In this document: positions 58,034 through 64,000 of the stretch, in pieces
How positions within the stretch are numbered: position 1 is the first letter of the stretch
How the letters are laid out: each line of letters opens with the position of its first letter
Assembly: GCA_049903315.1 (NCBI GenBank)
Contig: JBNGBT010000004.1
Location: 64,001 to 128,000 of the forward strand
Source of the DNA: Candidatus Cloacimonadota bacterium
Lineage (GTDB): Bacteria; Cloacimonadota; Cloacimonadia; JGIOTU-2
Reading direction: 5' to 3'
DNA length: 64,000 nt
Program-made: the position numbers and the translations under genes
The notes under the pieces: generated by a model
Database searches by the model: none
What the model saw: the letters and a program-made list of their open reading frames with translations, nothing else
Told to the model about the DNA's origin: nothing

Positions 58034-58491
58034 CTTTCGAAAATATTTTTATTAGTTTGGGTTCGAATCTTGGGAATAAGAGACAGTATATCGAATCAGC
58101 TATAGCAGCTATACAAGATGAAAAAAAAATATCAATGATACGCATGTCTTCAATCATAGAAACCATACCTGTCGGAAACATTCATCAGCCCGATTTTCTC
58201 AATTGCATTGTTCAATGTGAATCTGAGCTGAATCCTTCCGAACTTATGCAAACACTTTTACGCATAGAGAGAAAACTTGGTAGAGAACGTAGAGAAAAGT
58301 GGGGACCTCGCACGATCGATTGTGATATATTGTTTATTAATGATGAAATAATCGATGCCGATGAACTGAAGATCCCACATCCCGAGATAATGAATCGACC
58401 CTTTATTTTGAAGCTAATGAATGAATTAGCACCGGAATTTATCCATCCAAAACTAAATAAATCAATGGAACAACTTTATGAGTATAATTAA
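58030..58491 (+). CDS. folK: 2-amino-4-hydroxy-6-hydroxymethyldihydropteridine diphosphokinase (start uncertain)
   Basis: IFISLGSNLG, QPDFLN, GRERREKWGPRTIDCDIL, IPHP..RPF; first standard start is TTG at 58057, inside the conserved motif. Confidence 0.9.
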   Translation, partial: VAFENIFISLGSNLGNKRQYIESAIAAIQDEKKISMIRMSSIIETIPVGNIHQPDFLNCIVQCESELNPSELMQTLLRIERKLGRERREKWGPRTIDCDILFINDEIIDADELKIPHPEIMNRPFILKLMNELAPEFIHPKLNKSMEQLYEYN

Positions 58492-59095
58492 GAATAAGTA
58501 TATTGCAGTCGAGGGAGTAATAGGTGTGGGGAAGACTACATTGGCAAAATTGCTGGCAGAAAAGTTTGAAGCGCAACTCATACTTGAAGTCGTAGAAGAG
58601 AATCCATTTCTTTTAGAATTCTATGATGACATTGCAGGGAAGGCATTTCAAACCCAAATGTTTTTTCTGCTCAGCAGATACCGCCAGATGAAAAAATATT
58701 TCCAGATTGATGCCTTCCAGTCCAATATTATAAGCGACTACATGTTCATGAAAGACAGTATTTTTGCTGATCTCACCCTCAATGATGCAGAGCTGGCGAT
58801 GTATAAAGCTTTATTCACTATTCTCAATGACAAACTTGTTCAACCTGATCTCATCATCTACCTTTATGCTGATCTCGAACGTATCATAGACAGGATACAT
58901 TACAGGAATCGCTCGTTTGAGAACAACCTACAGCCCGAATATCTTGCAAACCTTGCAGTTGCGTATGACAAGTATATTTCGACTCATACCGGATGCCCGA
59001 TTATCAAGGTCGATACCAACAATATTAACTTTGTGAAGTCCCCTAAACAATTTGACAAATTACTGGTTGACATAAAAAAGGTGCTCCAAGATTGA
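58478..59095 (+). CDS. Deoxynucleoside kinase (dAK/dCK family)
   Basis: IAVEGVIGVGKTT, ENPFL..FY, FQTQMFFLLSR, PDLIIYL, RNRSFE. Confidence 0.88.
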   Translation: MSIIKNKYIAVEGVIGVGKTTLAKLLAEKFEAQLILEVVEENPFLLEFYDDIAGKAFQTQMFFLLSRYRQMKKYFQIDAFQSNIISDYMFMKDSIFADLTLNDAELAMYKALFTILNDKLVQPDLIIYLYADLERIIDRIHYRNRSFENNLQPEYLANLAVAYDKYISTHTGCPIIKVDTNNINFVKSPKQFDKLLVDIKKVLQD

Positions 59096-59844
59096 GTCCT
59101 ATGAAAAGTAAAATTTCAATTATCATTTTGGCAGCAGGCAAAGGCGTTCGCATGAAATCGGACTTGCCGAAAGTAGCCCATTTGCTCGCAGGTAAGTCAC
59201 TTGTCGGGCGGGTAGTGACTACTGCTGAACACTTCAAACCAGAGAAGATTATTGTTGTAGTTGGTTACAAAAAAGATGTCGTGATTGATTGCCTTTCTGA
59301 GTTTGATAACATTGCTTTCGTGGAGCAGAATGAGCAACTTGGGACAGGTCACGCAGTATATGTCACAAGAGAGAATTTTAAAGATTTTGATGGCATTGTT
59401 ATAATCTTACCTGGAGATGTACCACTTTTAAGGGAAAAGACATTAGAAAATCTTTTAAAAATTCATGAAGAAAAACAAGCTTCGGCAACTGTACTTACTG
59501 TTGATCTGGATGATCCAACCGGTTATGGACGCATCGTTCGAAATAAAGCCGGATATGTTGAGAAGATAGTCGAGCATAAGGATGCATCGGAAGAAGTTCG
59601 AAAAATCAAGGAGATAAATACCGGTATTTTTTGTTTTGATTCCCATGAACTATTCTCCGTGTTGCCAAAGATCGGACAGGAGAATTCGCAGAATGAAATG
59701 TACCTTACTGATGCGCTGGAACTTCTTAGAAATGAAGGCAAACCAGTCGCAGCTATCAAAGTCAAAGATCCGATCGAAGTTGCAGGTATCAACTCAAAAG
59801 AACAACTGCAGGAACTGGAAGCTCAGTATCTTGCCCAGAAATAA
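59092..59844 (+). CDS. GlmU-like uridyltransferase domain only (no hexapeptide acetyltransferase domain)
   Basis: LAAGKGVRMKSDLPK, EQLGTGHAV, GDVP, GYGRIVR, EHKDA, EINTG, YLTD, GINS; the ORF ends at 250 aa. Confidence 0.85.
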   Translation: MSPMKSKISIIILAAGKGVRMKSDLPKVAHLLAGKSLVGRVVTTAEHFKPEKIIVVVGYKKDVVIDCLSEFDNIAFVEQNEQLGTGHAVYVTRENFKDFDGIVIILPGDVPLLREKTLENLLKIHEEKQASATVLTVDLDDPTGYGRIVRNKAGYVEKIVEHKDASEEVRKIKEINTGIFCFDSHELFSVLPKIGQENSQNEMYLTDALELLRNEGKPVAAIKVKDPIEVAGINSKEQLQELEAQYLAQK

Positions 59845-60333
59845 ATGGATAAATTATACTCACCCTGGCGAATCGATTACATTCTTGGTGAAAAAGATAA
59901 AGAGTGTATATTTTGTGCAAAACAGCAGGCAAATGATGATGCAGGGCACCTTATTTTAAAACGCGGAAAGTTAACTTTTATAATAATGAATCTGTATCCC
60001 TATAATAACGGACATCTGATGGTTGTACCCTTTCGGCATGTAGCGCGTTTACATGAGCTTACAGATGAAGAATTGTGTGAACTAGGCACGATGACCCGAC
60101 TATGTGAAAGGGCACTTACAGATGCCTATCATCCTGATGGATTGAATATAGGAATGAATCTGGGTGAAGCAGCAGGTGCAGGTGTGGCAGATCATCTGCA
60201 TATACACGTGGTGCCGCGATGGAACGGTGATACCAATTTTATATCTACAGTTGGGAATACAAGAGTTATTCCCGAAAAAATGGAAGAAGCGTATAAAAAA
60301 TTGAAAAAAGTTTTTAACACCTATGAGTCTTAA
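59845..60333 (+). CDS. HIT-family hydrolase (Ap4A phosphorylase-like)
   Basis: PWR..YI, CIFC, NLYPYNNGHLMVVP, GEAAGAG, HLHIHVVPRWNGD. Confidence 0.9.
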   Translation: MDKLYSPWRIDYILGEKDKECIFCAKQQANDDAGHLILKRGKLTFIIMNLYPYNNGHLMVVPFRHVARLHELTDEELCELGTMTRLCERALTDAYHPDGLNIGMNLGEAAGAGVADHLHIHVVPRWNGDTNFISTVGNTRVIPEKMEEAYKKLKKVFNTYES

Positions 60334-60747
60334 ACTCTCAAAATCCTTAAAAATCTTCTTGGCTTTTTTTTTATTCTAAATATACTATTCCTATGCCTGA
60401 CGATAATTTTAAGGACTGTCCCGGATGAAAATAACAAGGAAATCGAACACATTCCCTATAATGAAATCACATTACAGGTGCTCAATGGATGTGGCAAAAA
60501 GGGTCTGGCGCGCGAAGTCCGGAATGTTCTCATTGATAAAGGCTTCGATGTGCTGTCCTTTGATAATGCAGATAAATTTCTGTATGAAAAAACCGTGATC
60601 GTCATAAGAAATATGAACTATGATAAATTTTATATGTTATATAAAGAATTCCCAGTTAAAAAGGTATACAAACAGATCAATGAACATTCGCTCTATGATT
60701 TTACTATAATCATAGGAAAGGATTATAAGCAAATTTTTGCTCTATAA
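60323..60747 (+). CDS. LytR C-terminal domain membrane protein, frameshifted at a T9 tract
   Basis: QVLNGCGKKGLA..L..KGFDV...NAD..T...D.TIIIGKDY; ATG 60323 frame stops after T9 (60364-60372); T10 gives a continuous ORF with a TM anchor. Confidence 0.7.
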
Positions 60748-60755
60748 ATTTTTAT

Positions 60756-61118
60756 ATGAAAGAAAGTACTATAGAAGAAAAACTCGAGATCATTACTCAA
60801 CTTGCACGTGATAAAAAAGCAGAAAATATCATCATCCTTGATGTTGAAGGAACCTCCGATTTGACAGATCGTCTTGTTATCTGTAGCGGGGATGGAGATA
60901 TACACACCCGTACGATCGGGAAGTATATAATAGAAGAAGCTAAGAAGATGGGGGTACCAATCCATCATAAAGAAGGACTTGAAAATGGGAAATGGATACT
61001 TGTCGATTTTGGAGTTATCGTTGTGCACATCTTTGATAAAGAAACCAGAGATTATTATAAGCTCGAAGATCTCTGGGAAGAACTTGTTCGTAAAAGAAAA
61101 AAAATGAAGGAATCATAA
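60756..61118 (+). CDS. rsfS: Ribosome silencing factor
   Basis: DKKAENIIILDV, VICSG, EG...WILVDFG..VVHIF...RDYYKLEDLW. Confidence 0.92.
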   Translation: MKESTIEEKLEIITQLARDKKAENIIILDVEGTSDLTDRLVICSGDGDIHTRTIGKYIIEEAKKMGVPIHHKEGLENGKWILVDFGVIVVHIFDKETRDYYKLEDLWEELVRKRKKMKES

Positions 61119-61129
61119 GTGAGGCGACC

Positions 61130-62785
61130 TTGATAGAAATTATTAAAGAAAAGATATGGGAAAGTTTGAAAGCGCTTGAACTGCAAGCGCCCCCAAAATC
61201 CAAGATAAATGTAGAATACCCTAAGCACAAGAATCATGGTGATTATTCATCAAACATCGGGCTCAATCTTGCAACGAAGATCAAGCAAGCTCCTATGACC
61301 ATTGCAAAGAAGCTTGCTGCACACCTTTCTGCCGATCCTCTGTTTTCCGAAGTAAATGCTGCCAAACCCGGTTTCATCAATTTCCATATTGCAAATAAAG
61401 TGCTCTATTCAACCCTGGAGGATATTAATAAGTTAGGGCAGAAATTCGGAACAAATTACGAACGGGGTGCAGGGAAGAGGGTGCTCATTGAGTTTGTAAG
61501 CGCAAATCCAACAGGTCCACTTAACGTAGTGAATGCTCGTGCTGCAGCTTTCGGAGATTCCCTGGCAAATATTCTGCTTGCACAGGGTTACTTTGTCGAA
61601 AGAGAATATTACATAAATGACGCAGGGCATCAAATAGAATTACTGGTTGAGTCTATTGAAAATGAATTGAACAGGTTGGATGAAATAGAAGTCGAAGAGC
61701 TCGAAGAAGGTTACAAGGGTGAATACATCACAGAGATTGCAGCTCATATTTTGGAAACTGAAGGAGCGACAATCCATCAGCTTTCAAAGAAAGATATTGC
61801 TCAAAGAATTCGAGATCTCGCATTGGATATTCTTATCAATGATCAAAAAGACACACTTTCGTTATTCAAAGTGAGTTTTGATAACTGGATCTCAGAGAAC
61901 GAGCTTCGCCAAAAAGGAAGTGTGGAGGATGTGCTTGCATATCTTTCTGAAACTGAAAAGATCTATGATAAAGACGGAGCAGTCTGGCTGTGCAGTAGTG
62001 AATTTGGTGATGTGAAAGACCGCGTCATCATGCGTTCTGATGGTACAGTGACCTATCTTGTACCTGATCTTGCATATCACATTACAAAATATAAGCGCGG
62101 ATTTGACAGCATTATTGACATCCTTGGTCCTGATCATCATGGGCATATTCCCAAACTCAAGGCAGGTATCGCGATCCTTGGATATAAACCTTCACTTTTG
62201 CACTTCATGTTGCTTCAGCATGTAAATATTCTCATAAATGATGAAAAGGTCAAAATGTCAAAAAGAGAGGGGAAGCTCATTACACTCAGGCAGCTCATTG
62301 ATGAAGTGGGCACAGATGCTGCACGATTCTTCTTCTTGATGAGAAAATCAAATACACCTCTTGATTTCGATATTGAACTTGCGAAGAAACGCACTGCCGA
62401 AAATCCTGTTTATTATGTTCAGTATGCTCATGCTCGTATTGCGAGTATTGAGAAAAATGCCCGTACAGAAAAGCTCAAAGTAACAGACTTCAAGCCGGAA
62501 TATCTGCAACGTCTCAGCCACGAAGAGGAGCTGGACATCATCCGCAATCTTATGAAATATCCCGAACTTATTGCGCATATTAGTTCCAGTTATGATGTGA
62601 ATCTTCTCACTTCTTATTTAATCGATCTTGCAGGAGAATTTCATAGATATTATCAGAAATATAAAATAATTAATAAAAGATATAAAGAACTCTCTCTCGC
62701 GCGTTTATTCCTGTGTAAGGCAGTGCAGACTGTGATTAAAAACGGACTCACAATGCTTGGTATTTCCGCACCAACAAAAATGTGA
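61130..62785 (+). CDS. argS: Arginine--tRNA ligase
   Basis: HGDYSSN, PGFINF, EFVSANPTGPL, REYYINDAG, DKDRV-like DVKDRV, KMSKREG, NPVYYVQYAHARIASI, LGISAP. Confidence 0.96.
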   Translation: MIEIIKEKIWESLKALELQAPPKSKINVEYPKHKNHGDYSSNIGLNLATKIKQAPMTIAKKLAAHLSADPLFSEVNAAKPGFINFHIANKVLYSTLEDINKLGQKFGTNYERGAGKRVLIEFVSANPTGPLNVVNARAAAFGDSLANILLAQGYFVEREYYINDAGHQIELLVESIENELNRLDEIEVEELEEGYKGEYITEIAAHILETEGATIHQLSKKDIAQRIRDLALDILINDQKDTLSLFKVSFDNWISENELRQKGSVEDVLAYLSETEKIYDKDGAVWLCSSEFGDVKDRVIMRSDGTVTYLVPDLAYHITKYKRGFDSIIDILGPDHHGHIPKLKAGIAILGYKPSLLHFMLLQHVNILINDEKVKMSKREGKLITLRQLIDEVGTDAARFFFLMRKSNTPLDFDIELAKKRTAENPVYYVQYAHARIASIEKNARTEKLKVTDFKPEYLQRLSHEEELDIIRNLMKYPELIAHISSSYDVNLLTSYLIDLAGEFHRYYQKYKIINKRYKELSLARLFLCKAVQTVIKNGLTMLGISAPTKM

Positions 62786-62950
62786 TAACGATGATCGACT
62801 AAGAAATAAACTTTTATAGTTTGGAAGAAAGGAATGGGATGAAGAGAGTAGTATTAAAACAATTATACGACTTGTTGTATAAAGATGTAATCAAAAAAAT
62901 TGACATTCCATTATGTAAATATATCAATCCAAAAAAATCTTGGGGGAGCA

Positions 62951-63382
62951 ATGAAAATCAGTAGAATATTCGTTGCAGTATTTTGTGCAATACTCATTAT
63001 TTTTCTATCTTTTTGTTCAAAAAAAGTACAGCAAGAAAAGGAATTACCTGCGCGAAGCGATGAACTTGTAAAACTGGAAAAATTTATGGATATCCCAATA
63101 TATCCGAATAGTGTGCTTGCAGATATTACTACGCCATTGCGTGATGACCAAATTCCCGGTGAACCAATGCAGGCACAGGTTATCCTTACTATTGATGAGT
63201 ATGAGAAAGTGCCCCTTTTTTATGAAGAGAAACTCGGTAAAAAATTCACGGTCGAAGTGGAAAATGGAAAGAAGTATTATGAACTGCAATTTGAAAAAGG
63301 CGACTGGCTCTACATCATTTTTGTGGGACATGATACCTTTGAGAATAAACCGATGTTTTCAATCGATAGGTGGGAGAAGTAG
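62951..63382 (+). CDS. Putative lipoprotein / exported protein of unknown function
   Basis: GGGGGAG RBS; hydrophobic N-terminus ending LSFC; IPIYPNS motif. Confidence 0.65.
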   Translation: MKISRIFVAVFCAILIIFLSFCSKKVQQEKELPARSDELVKLEKFMDIPIYPNSVLADITTPLRDDQIPGEPMQAQVILTIDEYEKVPLFYEEKLGKKFTVEVENGKKYYELQFEKGDWLYIIFVGHDTFENKPMFSIDRWEK

Positions 63383-63440
63383 CACAATCTAAGCAAAATG
63401 ACTTTTTCAAGCGTGAATATTCATCAAATTCAAGTTAATA

Positions 63441-63475
63441 AAAAAGCCCAATTCCTAAAAATCGGGCTTTAAAAA
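63441..63475. terminator. Probable bidirectional terminator
   Basis: aaagcccaatt..aatcgggcttt hairpin between convergent genes. Confidence 0.65.
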
Positions 63476-63489
63476 TTATGGAATGAGAA

Positions 63490-64000
63490 TTATTTGTCTC
63501 TCAATATTTCTCTCATTTTATTGGCAAGATTATCAAGTGCTTTTTGTGCACTGATCTGACCTCTGAATACAGCCTCAATGACCTGCTCTTCGAGAAGTTT
63601 TCTTGTCTCAAACCATGCATCAGTCTGGGGTTCTACTTCTGCATAGAGGAGCTGATCATACACGCTTTTCAGTCCGGGATATTTTTTGAATTTTGCTTGA
63701 GTTTCCTCGTCTTCGATAGCGCTTTTTCGGACCGGCATGTAATAAGTCAGGTTTGACCACTTCGCAGTTTGCTTGGGGCTGGTAAACCATTTTATGAATT
63801 CCCAGCAAGCTTCCTGCTTTTTCTTTTGTTGCGGATCTGTGTCATTCTTGAATATCACAATATTTGTTCCACTGACAAGACTCTTTTTGGTGCGGAAATA
63901 GGGAACAGCGCCCATACCAAGATTGAAAGGAATGCCTCCTTTATGAAGATAAACCATTGATACACTCGATCCTTCTACCATTCCTACTTTGCTTGCAAGG
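63490..64000 (-). CDS. ABC transporter solute-binding protein, family 1 (UgpB-like), C-terminal part; runs off the window end
   Basis: GTNIVIF, ACWEFIKWFTSP.QTAKWS..TYYMPVRKSA, AQKALD. Confidence 0.82.
   Translation of the reverse strand, partial: LASKVGMVEGSSVSMVYLHKGGIPFNLGMGAVPYFRTKKSLVSGTNIVIFKNDTDPQQKKKQEACWEFIKWFTSPKQTAKWSNLTYYMPVRKSAIEDEETQAKFKKYPGLKSVYDQLLYAEVEPQTDAWFETRKLLEEQVIEAVFRGQISAQKALDNLANKMREILRDK

Overview
AT-rich bacterial chromosomal window with about 55 genes, mostly housekeeping or envelope-related. A PorV-family gene, LruC lipoproteins and a Bacteroidetes-type serine palmitoyltransferase point to the FCB superphylum, plausibly Cloacimonadota; this is inference, not a measured result. 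Contents in order: a minus-strand operon (M28 peptidase, comEA-like, HAD, nadE, TPR, radical SAM, inositol monophosphatase); queF, an Omp85 gene, thrS and a yhaM-like gene; two tandem modular LruC lipoproteins; an APC permease-PTS EIIA fusion; a lipid-related block (SPT, patatin-Omp85, GT2, dolichol/phytol kinase); a TPP-riboswitch thiEMC-D operon interrupted by a four-helix-bundle cassette; gcvPA/PB followed by a ferredoxin and an archaeal-type geranylgeranyl reductase; an accessory plus-strand block with REP-like palindromes; a KamA-family gene; a ~1830-aa Ser/Thr kinase-NTPase-TPR-GAF-His kinase; and the folB-folK-dNK-glmU(N)-HIT-lytR-rsfS-argS operon. I found no rRNA, tRNA, CRISPR array, transposase or integrase. 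Best candidates for something new: (1) the four-helix-bundle ORF bracketed by mutually inverted octamer arrays inside the thi mRNA, with an internal TAA; (2) sphingolipid-type and archaeal-isoprenoid-type lipid enzymes in the same bacterium; (3) a LytR_C gene frameshifted at a T9 tract; (4) cassette-swapped LruC paralogs. All product calls come from motifs read by eye, with no database search.
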